64,000 nt of DNA from a virus: IMG/VR virus record IMGVR_UViG_3300025875_000001, positions 32,001 through 96,000 of that record. One strand, 5' to 3'. Numbering within the stretch: the stretch's first letter is position 1; the number at the start of each line of letters is the position of its first letter. The notes beneath the pieces were generated by a model. That model did no database searches. It saw only the letters and a program-made list of their open reading frames with translations, and was not told the origin of the DNA. Positions 10,645-20,373 of this stretch are shown here, one piece after another. Both the position numbers and the translations under genes were made by a program.

Positions 10645-12201
10645 TCAATCTTCTATCTTCCACCCACCGTCACTATCTACATAAATTGTAGATTTTTCAA
10701 ACTTCTGTGACCAGCTTCCATCTTCATGCTGCTTTGGCTCTTCCAAAGGATATCCTGTATATCTGCTGCGAGAATAATCTCCAAATGACCATACGTCAAA
10801 TGCTGGTCCCCAACTAGCTACCGCCAAATTAGTTCTAGGATGCCAATTGATTGCACCTCTTTCAAAGTTAACAAATGCTCCCCCGGCAGAATCAGCAAGG
10901 TCGTTTGTAGTAGGCCATCCTAAAGGACTACGAGGACCACCTAAAGCTACATATTTGTCAAGAATTCCCCCGACAAGATAATAACCTTTATCCTTACCAT
11001 CATTTTTATAAAAAATGGTTCCTCCTGTAAACCTTTGTGACCAACCAAGGATATCAGCTCCGTCTGTTACAGGAACTTCATCCTCTACAGGCCAGCCCAA
11101 GAATCCCTGCTCATAACCATGAGAAGCCCAAGCCTTTCCAATACCACCACGAACCACATAAGCCTGAGGTGTGCCAGCCTGATAATAAAGAGAACCGTTT
11201 TCGAACCCTTGCATCCATCCACCTTTTACCGCAAGCTCATCGCGCACCGGAAATCCCAAAATACTTTTTTCTACACCTAATTTTTCATAACGAGTAGCCA
11301 ATGCTCCCTGTACGGCAAATGAACCAGTTTTTGCAGTACCAAGTGCCATTCCTCTTTCAAACCTAGAAATTCTTCCTCTACCATCACCAGTTGGGTGCTC
11401 ATCTGTTACTGGATAACCCATTGCTGAATTTTCATATCCAACTCTCTTATAAGCATCTAAAATTCCACCTTGAACAGCATAAGCTTCTGGCAGACCGGCC
11501 TTCGCCCAAATAGAAATACCCGGACCGAATCCCTGTGTCCAACCATCTTTGAGCTTAATTTCAGCTGCTGATGCTTTGTCTACAATATTTAACTTGGTAG
11601 CCTTAGCATTTATCGATCCATATACAGGATAGGATATCTTAGCAGGTACCACAAGATCTGGACCTTTCAAAAGACTAGATACTTTAGCTTTCAGTGCTCC
11701 ATAATCCATACCTGATGTATCGACCTTACGTCCCCTAGGAAGTGCATAATCTGCGTGGCGAGGCATCCAATTAATGTCTCTACCTGTCTCTTGCAATATA
11801 GATGCACATAACTTTGCGTATGAATCTAATTGAGCTGCTGACCAACTTGCAACAGATCCATCACTTTCTGCTTCAATCCCGGCAAAATGACCATTTCCAT
11901 CAGTTACACCATTCCAATTACCTGCACCAGAATGCCAAGAAACTTTTTCGTTAATGCAATATATGGTTCCTGAACGTCCCAAACCATACATACACAAACT
12001 ATTCTTCAAATCAGAACGACCATCACGAACAACTCTTAAAGTTGGATAGTCTCCTGCTGCTGATCTAGAACTACCAGTGTGGTGCAACATAGGGCCATAG
12101 ATGACTCCCATTTGCCCCTGGTTATGTCCAGACCACGCTTCTACTACTGGGTAGCCAGTTCGTCTAGCTACTTTTAATACAATCTCTCTTGACCAACCCA
12201 C
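10645..12201 (-). CDS. Endolysin: N-acetylmuramoyl-L-alanine amidase plus LGFP repeats
   Basis: MLHHTG...WHSG...GIEAE...RHADY amidase_2 motifs; repeated LGFPV/LGWPV/MGYPV-xDE units; GTG start. Confidence 0.9.
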   Translation of the reverse strand: MGWSREIVLKVARRTGYPVVEAWSGHNQGQMGVIYGPMLHHTGSSRSAAGDYPTLRVVRDGRSDLKNSLCMYGLGRSGTIYCINEKVSWHSGAGNWNGVTDGNGHFAGIEAESDGSVASWSAAQLDSYAKLCASILQETGRDINWMPRHADYALPRGRKVDTSGMDYGALKAKVSSLLKGPDLVVPAKISYPVYGSINAKATKLNIVDKASAAEIKLKDGWTQGFGPGISIWAKAGLPEAYAVQGGILDAYKRVGYENSAMGYPVTDEHPTGDGRGRISRFERGMALGTAKTGSFAVQGALATRYEKLGVEKSILGFPVRDELAVKGGWMQGFENGSLYYQAGTPQAYVVRGGIGKAWASHGYEQGFLGWPVEDEVPVTDGADILGWSQRFTGGTIFYKNDGKDKGYYLVGGILDKYVALGGPRSPLGWPTTNDLADSAGGAFVNFERGAINWHPRTNLAVASWGPAFDVWSFGDYSRSRYTGYPLEEPKQHEDGSWSQKFEKSTIYVDSDGGWKIED

Positions 12202-12369
12202 TTACTCCACCACCTTAGTATTTTCTCTAAGCCAATCGTCGTCTACATAATCTTGCTCGCTAAACTCCGATGCTTTCCAATCTTTCTTGTCACCATCTGC
12301 AACTAAATGCTGTGGCGCCTCAACTTCTTCTGTTTTAAATTTACTTTTTAACTTATCTACAAGTCCCAT
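12202..12369 (-). CDS. Small acidic protein (55 aa) abutting endolysin start
   Basis: Read manually: AAGGAG SD, MGLVDKLKSKF...KVVE, TAA immediately followed by the endolysin GTG. Confidence 0.7.
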   Translation of the reverse strand: MGLVDKLKSKFKTEEVEAPQHLVADGDKKDWKASEFSEQDYVDDDWLRENTKVVE

Positions 12370-12471
12370 TATCGTCTCCTTATTTTTCTACTACTCTTTC
12401 ATAATACGACTCCAATGTTTACAACGCAAAAAGCCGGGCAAGGATTCCTCCCTACCCGGCAATTCGCTAAT

Positions 12472-15447
12472 TTAATTCGCTGATCCAACTATCTCGCAAG
12501 CTGAGGAAGTACACGCAAGCGTTTGACTTCCTGTTGTATTATCCTCTGCTTCGAACAGACTCAACATATTCCAGTCAATTTCTTTTGGCATATCGGCTTG
12601 AAACTGATTATATCCAGACTCATCGGTATCCTGATATGGTGCTTGCTGATAAGTATGCTCAGAATATGGTAGGAAACTAATACCACCAACATGCTCCCAA
12701 TTCTTGTACACCCAATTAGCGACTTCAATCCATTCATTTTCACGAACATTAATAGTTACACTTGGGTTGTGCTCAGTCCAATTGAGTTTGTACGTCTTCC
12801 AAAATTCTAGATGATCGATGGCACTCAACTGCAACCTAGTTACAGCGCCTTCTGGTGCCTTCTGAGGAAAATAGAACACTGTCGTGCCTTCTGGGTTCAT
12901 AACGTCTGGCTCATTTGGTACACCCTGAAACTTCATAAATTCAGTTAGTGGGTCCTTGTTGTCCTGACGGACCGACCTGATGTAGTAATCATTGTGCCAA
13001 GGGTGCATACCTGAACTTGTTGCTGTTAGCTGACTTACTGTTCCACTTGGCTTTACAGTTGTAATTGCAGCACTACAGTTGATTCCCATAGCGTCTGCAA
13101 TTACCATATTGGCAGTTATAGCTGTAAGACGCATTATATTCAATGCTTTAGCTAATTCATCCGTGCCTTCACGGCCACTCATCAACTTATTACCAAATTG
13201 ACCTGTCAAACTAACGCCAAGCAGACGCTCTTCTTCGCAATTATCTTTCCAGATCTTACGCAAGTACCTAAAATTTGTAAAGCTTGATTGAATTGTTCCT
13301 AAAATTGAAGCAACATTGACCTTATTAGACAATGAAGTAATATCATCGTCTTCTTCTATGATAACTTCTGTTAAGTTACAGAATTGGTATGGACGTAGCT
13401 TAATCTCACCACAATTGTGTGTATAGATTCCATTGGCATCAAATGCGTTTACGTCTGGAACGATAGCATCATATACATCTTCTATACCCTCTGGCTCTAT
13501 AGAAAGCACCTCAGCCTCAAATTTAGATTTATACATAGACCTAGTTCCAGATAGCATATCCGCAAGCTTCTTAGCCTTAGCAGAATCAACAAATCCAATT
13601 TTGTTCGCAAATACACCAATTGACTCTCTAGAAATGATCACCTCTGACAATGCCTGACAATAATATGGAGACATTTCCCTATTTGAATCTGGCAACATTT
13701 TAACTCCGGCATCTCTACGAGCATAAATTTTACCAAGGATTCCCAATCTACCCAGCATTCGCTGTACGCCGCCCAAATTATCTAGCGAAATGCTAGTAAG
13801 CCGGACAGACCGTCCTTTAATACGATCGCCTTGAACACTGCCATCGGCATCAAAGTAACCCCTAAGAAACCCGTGATAAAAATCGCTAGAAGCAGACTCT
13901 ATTTCCTTAGTTACTCGCTTGTTATCAAGTAAACCGAATTGACGTGCCCACTCGGTTACAGTACGAGATGAAAGCCTCCACTTTTTCTCTTCACCTACCT
14001 GAGTTTGCAACTTGAACTCAGCATCATCAACAACAGATTCTACCTTGTGCTTGATATCTAGCCCATTTTCCCAAACGTCAATCAAGGCGCGAGAACCAGA
14101 AACACAGCCATCGCCTACAAGCAAACCAAGAACATACCCTTGATTCTCTGTACCAGGTCCACCCCAAGTGGCTCCATTATTATTGGATAATACTAAACTA
14201 TCACCCGGCAAAATATCTGACAGACTCTTCCAACCATCGGTAGTCATAAATCGGTGATCTTGCGTAGCCCTAACGGTGTGGCCAAATCTTGTATTGATCC
14301 TAAATACCTGCTTGGTGCCTGTCTTAAAAAAGCCCGTTGAATCGTTCAACTTACCATTAAGCATAAGCTTAGTCTCTACGTTAAGAATGTCAGATATTTG
14401 CCTAGGCCCATCTTCTGTAATTACCCAAGTCTCTCCGGTAAGGCATGGATTCAACCCGGCAATTTTGCTAGTGTCTCTACGTGGTGCATTCTTGTTGCTT
14501 TTCAAATCTGCCATGTTGACAATTCCACGCTCACCGGACTTAGACTCATAAAGGCTGGTCCACTCACGCAAGAATTCACCAATGCTCGGCTTTGCGTAAT
14601 ATGTTGCAGAGTTATTGGCAAGTCTGCGGTGACCGTAATCTTCCCACCACGCTCCACTCTTTGCCTTTGCCATATCAAAGCTATCTAAATCACTCATTGA
14701 AATAAGAGCTGAGCGCCTTACTCCACCTACTACAACGACATCACCAATTTTACACATAATATCGTGTACTTCGATATCTGTTAACTGGCGACCGGCGGCT
14801 TGCACAAAGATCTTGATCGTAAAATCAAACAAATCAATAAGTGGTTGTGGTCCCGATGACCTACCGCCAAATGTCTTTAGCCTTGCTCCGGCTGGCCTTA
14901 GCTGCGTCGGGTCGATTACTGGAATCTGACCATTGACCAAGTGATTAATCAATTGCCTGTAAGCCTTGGCCCAACCTTCTTTTGAGTCACCCACTACTAC
15001 AACATCTTTAACCTGCCTGAAAGCATTAGGCATTACTGGTAGCTGACAAACATACTTTGTCTCTACGCTAAATCCAAGACCGGTTCCATTCATTAGGATA
15101 TATAAAGCTTCATCAAAAGATCTTAATGAGTCTACTGGCATAAAACTACAGTTATACCCGGCGACATTGCTGCGCTCCAAAGCTGGACCGGCTGTCATAA
15201 GTGCTCTCATACTTGGCATAACCTTATGCTGCAAGATCATATCTGCGGCCTCTGTCCAGAAGTCATTACTAATTGCACCAGGATAATTCTTGTCCATATG
15301 ATCTGCCATAAAATCGATATAACGATTTACAGTCTCAGACCACGTCTCTCTTCTATTTTCTTCTTCTAACCATCTTGCATATCTAGACTTCGCAATGAAG
15401 CCTCTATAGGGATCTGTAATTGATCCCTGTTCGTCTATAAACGACAA
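12472..15447 (-). CDS. nrdJ: Class II (B12-dependent) ribonucleotide reductase containing an intein
   Basis: YNCSF, GTGLGFS, GGVRRSALI, NP|C-GE, KPSGTVSQL and C-terminal CTSSAC redox pair; no small-subunit gene nearby. Confidence 0.92.
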   Translation of the reverse strand: MSFIDEQGSITDPYRGFIAKSRYARWLEEENRRETWSETVNRYIDFMADHMDKNYPGAISNDFWTEAADMILQHKVMPSMRALMTAGPALERSNVAGYNCSFMPVDSLRSFDEALYILMNGTGLGFSVETKYVCQLPVMPNAFRQVKDVVVVGDSKEGWAKAYRQLINHLVNGQIPVIDPTQLRPAGARLKTFGGRSSGPQPLIDLFDFTIKIFVQAAGRQLTDIEVHDIMCKIGDVVVVGGVRRSALISMSDLDSFDMAKAKSGAWWEDYGHRRLANNSATYYAKPSIGEFLREWTSLYESKSGERGIVNMADLKSNKNAPRRDTSKIAGLNPCLTGETWVITEDGPRQISDILNVETKLMLNGKLNDSTGFFKTGTKQVFRINTRFGHTVRATQDHRFMTTDGWKSLSDILPGDSLVLSNNNGATWGGPGTENQGYVLGLLVGDGCVSGSRALIDVWENGLDIKHKVESVVDDAEFKLQTQVGEEKKWRLSSRTVTEWARQFGLLDNKRVTKEIESASSDFYHGFLRGYFDADGSVQGDRIKGRSVRLTSISLDNLGGVQRMLGRLGILGKIYARRDAGVKMLPDSNREMSPYYCQALSEVIISRESIGVFANKIGFVDSAKAKKLADMLSGTRSMYKSKFEAEVLSIEPEGIEDVYDAIVPDVNAFDANGIYTHNCGEIKLRPYQFCNLTEVIIEEDDDITSLSNKVNVASILGTIQSSFTNFRYLRKIWKDNCEEERLLGVSLTGQFGNKLMSGREGTDELAKALNIMRLTAITANMVIADAMGINCSAAITTVKPSGTVSQLTATSSGMHPWHNDYYIRSVRQDNKDPLTEFMKFQGVPNEPDVMNPEGTTVFYFPQKAPEGAVTRLQLSAIDHLEFWKTYKLNWTEHNPSVTINVRENEWIEVANWVYKNWEHVGGISFLPYSEHTYQQAPYQDTDESGYNQFQADMPKEIDWNMLSLFEAEDNTTGSQTLACTSSACEIVGSAN
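13414..14445 (-). mobile_element. Intein with LAGLIDADG homing endonuclease (344 aa) in RNR active site
   Basis: Begins CLTGETWV, ends GIYTHN followed by +1 Cys; LGLLVGDG and FLRGYFDADG motifs; removal restores LNPCGEI. Confidence 0.93.
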
Positions 15448-15520
15448 TTATTTAACCACCTTCTAAAGAATTTTGTTCCTCTAGTATAACCCCAAATTGG
15501 TTATAACTTGCCCAATAAAA

Positions 15521-16477
15521 TTATTTTTCTAACTTTTTTATTACAGGCTCAAACGCATCGGACACTAGCTTAGTCCAATCATACGCTTTAACAAGAGAAG
15601 GTACCGAATCATATGCTTTACTAGCAACATTATCAAAATGTAACACAGAGTAACGATATGCAGCCTCTAAACTAGATATATCCGGCTCAAACATATGTCC
15701 CGGATGCATATTAGGCCACGGAGAGTCAACTAATTTTGAGCTTAAGCGTAGTGGAGGTTGTAAAAACTTTTTATACGGTGCCCAAGCTGAGGTACAAATC
15801 ACAGGCATTCCACTAGCCATCGCTTCTAATGGTATAAAACCAAAACCCTCTCCATAACTTGGATAAACCAACACATCATGATTCCTTACAATATCAGCCA
15901 GCTCCGAATCAACAACATCTCTTTTATCCAATATTATATTATTGTATGCAGTATTAACTGCAACATAATTATATGCTTTAATGGTTAAGCTAACTTCTTC
16001 CCCGCTGCCGAATACATTTCTAAATGCTTCAATCGCCATTGCTCCACCTTTTCGTGGCGCCGGTTCTCCTATATGTAAGAATTTAACTTTGTCTCCGGCC
16101 AATCTGCGTCTTGGACGCCAAAGATCTGCATCAATTCCATGCTGTAAAACTTTAGCTTCTATTCCCGTAGCATCATTGATCCAACGAGCCATAAGAGGAC
16201 TAGTCGTCCACAACTCATCAACGCTTTTCATATACGGCAACCATTTCGGCGGGACAACACTGGACTCCCATGGTGTATATCCTATTTTATAAGAATCTTT
16301 ACTAGACCATATCCAATTAGAGGGATGAGCCCAATTGATTTCTACCGACGCTGTTGGATCACGAAATGGCACATCATGACCTAAATCTTGAAGCGCTCTT
16401 GTTAATCTGTATCCTGCATTTCCAAACCCAGTTGATCTAATCATAGAATCTTCTGGCATTGATAAGCTTATTTTCAT
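15521..16477 (-). CDS. Glycosyltransferase, GT-B/GT4-like
   Basis: RKGG, DVLVYPSYGEGFGFIPLEAMASGMPVI signature. Confidence 0.9.
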   Translation of the reverse strand: MKISLSMPEDSMIRSTGFGNAGYRLTRALQDLGHDVPFRDPTASVEINWAHPSNWIWSSKDSYKIGYTPWESSVVPPKWLPYMKSVDELWTTSPLMARWINDATGIEAKVLQHGIDADLWRPRRRLAGDKVKFLHIGEPAPRKGGAMAIEAFRNVFGSGEEVSLTIKAYNYVAVNTAYNNIILDKRDVVDSELADIVRNHDVLVYPSYGEGFGFIPLEAMASGMPVICTSAWAPYKKFLQPPLRLSSKLVDSPWPNMHPGHMFEPDISSLEAAYRYSVLHFDNVASKAYDSVPSLVKAYDWTKLVSDAFEPVIKKLEK

Positions 16478-16494
16478 AAGCTTAGTCTACCATA

Positions 16495-17574
16495 TTAAGC
16501 ACCAAAAATATCAACATGAAAGCGAGCAAATGTTAATTGCTGGTCCCCTTTTTCATAAAAACAACCCACTGAACCATCTGGCATCATAATCATTGTTGAA
16601 TATGCTGCTAGGCCAGGTTCTATTACTATAGAATAAGGCCATGTAGAACCATTATTTACACTTAAGTAAACGGTAAGATTTCTTCTTAAATTGACATCAT
16701 TACAATTTGAATGTAATAACCAAGAAGATTTTGAATTACCATTAACAGGATCGACCCGTATAACATCTCCATTACATTTAGGGTCTGGTAAAGAAGAATT
16801 GACTGTAGACCACGGACCAGCAATACTAGAGGCTCTACTAAATTTTCTAACTCCACTTGAATCTAGTGGCCGTCCGGTATCAAAAAGGCTTTGATCGTTA
16901 AGCTGAATTACTTTATGTTCGTCAATTCCTGATCCTAAAACTGATGCAACACGACTCCATGTAACACCGTGATCGTTACTAATAACGTAGCCAGCATATT
17001 GACCACTACCATCCTTCCAACAATAAGGAATCAACAACGAACCATTAGATAACTGTACACCTTTACCACCGCTAGCAAACACTCCGGTCATAGTATTGTT
17101 TTTAATGCTAGCAATCAAATCCTCACCCGCGCTCCACGTAACGCCATGGTCATCGCTATATTTTACATATGGATGCAATGTATTAGTAGAACCAACAGAA
17201 TTTCCATATCCACTATTCGGCCATCCTATACCGACAGGAGAGTAAGCATAATGACAAAATAACCTTCCGTTTACTCCAACACTAGGATCGTAAATCAGGC
17301 ATGGATCACCCATACCAATACTCCCAGCCTGTGTACCATCGCCGCCATGCAAAGCAACAATCTTTCTGGGCTCCCAAGAATAACCATAGTTTGTAGACCT
17401 CCTACAAACTATATCAACGTTATTAGGAATGTCTGCCGGACTTATATTTCTTGAATCATAGCAAGTAACAAGAGTACCATTATTTGTAATTGCTAATGCA
17501 GGTATTCTAAATAGTGATGCAGGCAAACCGGTCCAGTCTACCGTTGAATAAATAATTGGAGTTGAAGTTGTCAT
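16495..17574 (-). CDS. Exo-sialidase/neuraminidase (GH33-like, Asp-box beta-propeller)
   Basis: FRIP motif, four Asp boxes (STNYGYSW, SDDHGVTW, SNDHGVTW, SVNNGSTW), AAYST catalytic-Tyr region. Confidence 0.85.
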   Translation of the reverse strand: MTTSTPIIYSTVDWTGLPASLFRIPALAITNNGTLVTCYDSRNISPADIPNNVDIVCRRSTNYGYSWEPRKIVALHGGDGTQAGSIGMGDPCLIYDPSVGVNGRLFCHYAYSPVGIGWPNSGYGNSVGSTNTLHPYVKYSDDHGVTWSAGEDLIASIKNNTMTGVFASGGKGVQLSNGSLLIPYCWKDGSGQYAGYVISNDHGVTWSRVASVLGSGIDEHKVIQLNDQSLFDTGRPLDSSGVRKFSRASSIAGPWSTVNSSLPDPKCNGDVIRVDPVNGNSKSSWLLHSNCNDVNLRRNLTVYLSVNNGSTWPYSIVIEPGLAAYSTMIMMPDGSVGCFYEKGDQQLTFARFHVDIFGA

Positions 17575-18302
17575 GGCCTAACCCAACTTAAAGCTATGCT
17601 AGTACGCTGATTTCTAGCACTAAAAGTATCTATGTTAGTCGCAGCACTAGCATAAGCCCATAATGCAATTTCCTGGCCAACAGCAAAACGTTTTTCTATA
17701 GATAAGTTTACATCCCAAGCAACTGCTGCTGCTGGGCTCATCGTTTGAGCCGCAAAAATATTACCTACTCCTGATGCTCCGACACTATCGGATAAATAAC
17801 AAATGCCTACACCGGCTGCTGGCACTGCATATCTTGCATTGGCAACTATTCTCCAAAGACCGGCACGATTTAAAGTAAAAAGATTTAATGCAGCATTAGG
17901 CGTAACGTCAGGACTGGTATATTCAGACCTAGTTAAAGGGACTCTAAGACCATTTCCACCCGCCGCAATATTGATAGTACCACCCGCGGCAACGATATAT
18001 CTAGCGTCGCCCCCAACATTAGGGTTAATGCTTACCCAGGCCGCACCATCATACTGCATTAAAGCTCCGTTGAGATTATAAACATCTCCACGTCGAAGAT
18101 TTGTCAATGGCAACGTTCCACCTGCGCCCAAATCACGACCGAACAAAGTAGTACGCTCATCAATAGCAGAAGAAAGGTTACTTATAGTTGAAGCTAACTG
18201 ACTACCAACATGATTGCTACGTTGTATTGAAAAACTTTTAACCGCATTAACTTCTCGCGCAACTCGACTAGCTAAATCAAGAACATTACCGCTTAAAGAC
18301 AT
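17571..18302 (-). CDS. Fiber tip/receptor-binding-like protein
   Basis: C-terminal ~190 aa clearly paralogous to the C-terminus of 1004-3304; N-terminus like that of 18302-19639. Confidence 0.65.
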   Translation of the reverse strand: MSLSGNVLDLASRVAREVNAVKSFSIQRSNHVGSQLASTISNLSSAIDERTTLFGRDLGAGGTLPLTNLRRGDVYNLNGALMQYDGAAWVSINPNVGGDARYIVAAGGTINIAAGGNGLRVPLTRSEYTSPDVTPNAALNLFTLNRAGLWRIVANARYAVPAAGVGICYLSDSVGASGVGNIFAAQTMSPAAAVAWDVNLSIEKRFAVGQEIALWAYASAATNIDTFSARNQRTSIALSWVRP

Positions 18303-19639
18303 TAAATCAGTCCGGCCTCAAACACAGCAACAAAGTTTGTATTGGTATCTCCAACATCAGCAGTGTTTGCTTTAGTAGCTAATGCTGATGTAACGGCTGC
18401 GGCGTCTGCTGCTGTTCCAGCAGCCGTACCTAGTATAAGATTAGAACTACCCGTGCCCGCGCCAATTGCTGTCCTCGCCGCTGACGCGTCCAATGCCGTT
18501 AATACAGACCTACCTGTAGCAGTAGCATCACTTATCTGTGCTGCTATATGACTATGACTAATTTGCGCTTTTGTATCTGCTACAGCTTTAAGTCCCGCCG
18601 GGGTGACAGCACGCGCAGTATCTGTTCCAGTAGTTGCCTCTGCTGTAGTTGCTAACTCTACCAATCCGGAAACGGTATCGGTTGCTGTAGGTGGAGTGTA
18701 ATTACCGGCTTTTGCCGTTGTTGACGTACTACCAATAACTAGACTGGAAGTACCTGCACCTATCGCTGTGCGAGCTGCTGTAGCATCCACAGCCGTTAAT
18801 ACTAATCGACCTACAGCAGTTGAATCAGAAATATTGTCAGCAGCGTGAGTGTGAGATGTTGGAGCCTTTGTATCGGCTACAGTTTTTAGGCCCGCAGGGG
18901 TAACCGCACGGACAGTGTCGATACCAGTTGTAGCTTCTGCTGTAGTAGCAAGCTCTACTACACCAGATACTGTTTCTGTTGCAGTTGGAGGTGTATAGTC
19001 CCCTGCTTTAGCTGTAGAAGAAGTAGTACCTAAAACAAGATTTGATGTACCTGCACCAATTGCACTACGAGCCGCTGGTGCATCGATTGCTGTAAGAACG
19101 GATCTACCCGTAACAGTTGAATCGCTAATATTCGCAGCAATTGGTTGGTAATTACCAGCTTTTGCTGTGGTGGCAGTAGTACCAATTGTTAAATTAGAGG
19201 TTCCAGCCGCAATATTATTTCTAGCCTGAGCTTGCTCTGTACTAGTTAATGTTTGTGCTGCATCGAATCTAACTCTATTTCCTAGTGCTGTAGTAATAGT
19301 AGTAGCAAAATTTGGATCATTGTTAAGCGCAGCAGAAAGTTCATTCAATGTGTCTAACGCAGCAGGAGATGAAGCTACAATAGCCGCTGCTGCCGCTTGA
19401 ATTTCAGATTGTGTTTTACTAGATGACCAAGCGGTACTTGTTGAAGTATCTGTATCACTAATTCCAGAAGAATTCGCTACAGCAGCAGCAATTTCATTTA
19501 TAGCAGCAACCAATGAAGACTTCTGTGTGGTTGTAAGTGCAGTAAGGCCAGGAGCATTACCATTAATCATGGTACGCAAGGCTTTAGACTCAGTAGCTAC
19601 TCTAGTAGCTAAGTCAATAACATTAGTTGCTAGAGACAT
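18302..19639 (-). CDS. Fiber shaft protein with ~99-aa tandem repeats
   Basis: ALDTLNELSAALNNDPNFATTI tail-fiber motif; repeats of ISDST..GRSVLTA.DA.AAR.AIGAGTS...TAKAGNY.PP. Confidence 0.75.
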   Translation of the reverse strand: MSLATNVIDLATRVATESKALRTMINGNAPGLTALTTTQKSSLVAAINEIAAAVANSSGISDTDTSTSTAWSSSKTQSEIQAAAAAIVASSPAALDTLNELSAALNNDPNFATTITTALGNRVRFDAAQTLTSTEQAQARNNIAAGTSNLTIGTTATTAKAGNYQPIAANISDSTVTGRSVLTAIDAPAARSAIGAGTSNLVLGTTSSTAKAGDYTPPTATETVSGVVELATTAEATTGIDTVRAVTPAGLKTVADTKAPTSHTHAADNISDSTAVGRLVLTAVDATAARTAIGAGTSSLVIGSTSTTAKAGNYTPPTATDTVSGLVELATTAEATTGTDTARAVTPAGLKAVADTKAQISHSHIAAQISDATATGRSVLTALDASAARTAIGAGTGSSNLILGTAAGTAADAAAVTSALATKANTADVGDTNTNFVAVFEAGLI

Positions 19640-19643
19640 TTAA

Positions 19644-20273
19644 TTATATCAGTCCATTCTCAAATAGTATTTTTAATGAAGGTAAATCATCATATGCAGT
19701 ATGTGGAGTATCATCTTGAATATGTACTGTTAAGTCTTCTTGAATTAATTCATGTAATAGTAAAGCACTTGGGCCTTCCCCCGCTACGTACTCATTTTTT
19801 GTTACATATATATTATCAAGATTCACTCTTCCCTGAGATTGATCATTCTGTACAATAAGACTAAGGTTTTGGTCAAAATTAGATTCCGTCAACACCGTCG
19901 ATGGAATAAAACCTTGCCTTAACTGCCCATTTTCATCTAAAATATCTTCTTTATTAGACTCATTATCAATATAGTCTATTAATCCAGATATCGGAAATAT
20001 GATGTTATTATTTGTAAAATAGCCATCCAATACTAAATTTTTACGAACAGCTTTAATTCTAAAATAACAATCTTTCAGAACATCTACCTCACTTGCACTT
20101 AAACTCAATATGATCGATTTTTCTGTATAATCTACAATTCCCAGATCTATAGATTGCAAGTTTTCTAATTTATCTCCTATTTCTAAGATTAAGTTATACT
20201 CAGATAAATCTATCCTCACAGGAATTATAGTCCTTAATGGTCTATGAGCGAATGTTGTAATTGAATATGACAC
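19644..20273 (-). CDS. Hypothetical virion-associated protein
   Basis: GGAGG SD, GTG start; C-terminal HIQDDTPHTAYDD...LFENGLI resembles the end of the next gene (VFEAGLI). Confidence 0.6.
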   Translation of the reverse strand: MSYSITTFAHRPLRTIIPVRIDLSEYNLILEIGDKLENLQSIDLGIVDYTEKSIILSLSASEVDVLKDCYFRIKAVRKNLVLDGYFTNNNIIFPISGLIDYIDNESNKEDILDENGQLRQGFIPSTVLTESNFDQNLSLIVQNDQSQGRVNLDNIYVTKNEYVAGEGPSALLLHELIQEDLTVHIQDDTPHTAYDDLPSLKILFENGLI

Positions 20274-20337
20274 AATCTACCTCCATTGAATAATATTAGT
20301 GTATGATCGATAATAACGCAAACATCTACACGCCGAT

Positions 20338-20367
20338 TTGACAGATGACTCCTAGATAGTGTAAGAT
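20338..20367 (+). promoter_or_regulatory. SigA-type promoter firing into the non-coding region
   Basis: TTGACA (20338-43), 18 nt, TAAGAT (20362-67). Confidence 0.75.
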
Positions 20368-20373
20368 AATAAG

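Noticed and set aside
1308-18551. Plus-strand ORFs antisense to structural genes (1308, 4990, 14276, 15981, 17803, 18342 and similar)
   Set aside because: Shadow ORFs of real minus-strand genes; the similarity of 1308-1514 to 17803-18081 simply reflects the duplicated fiber tip
18302-19639. Long DNA repeats as a CRISPR array or DGR template/variable pair
   Set aside because: Repeats are in-frame protein repeats with synonymous divergence, no spacers, no adenine-specific variation and no reverse transcriptase in the window
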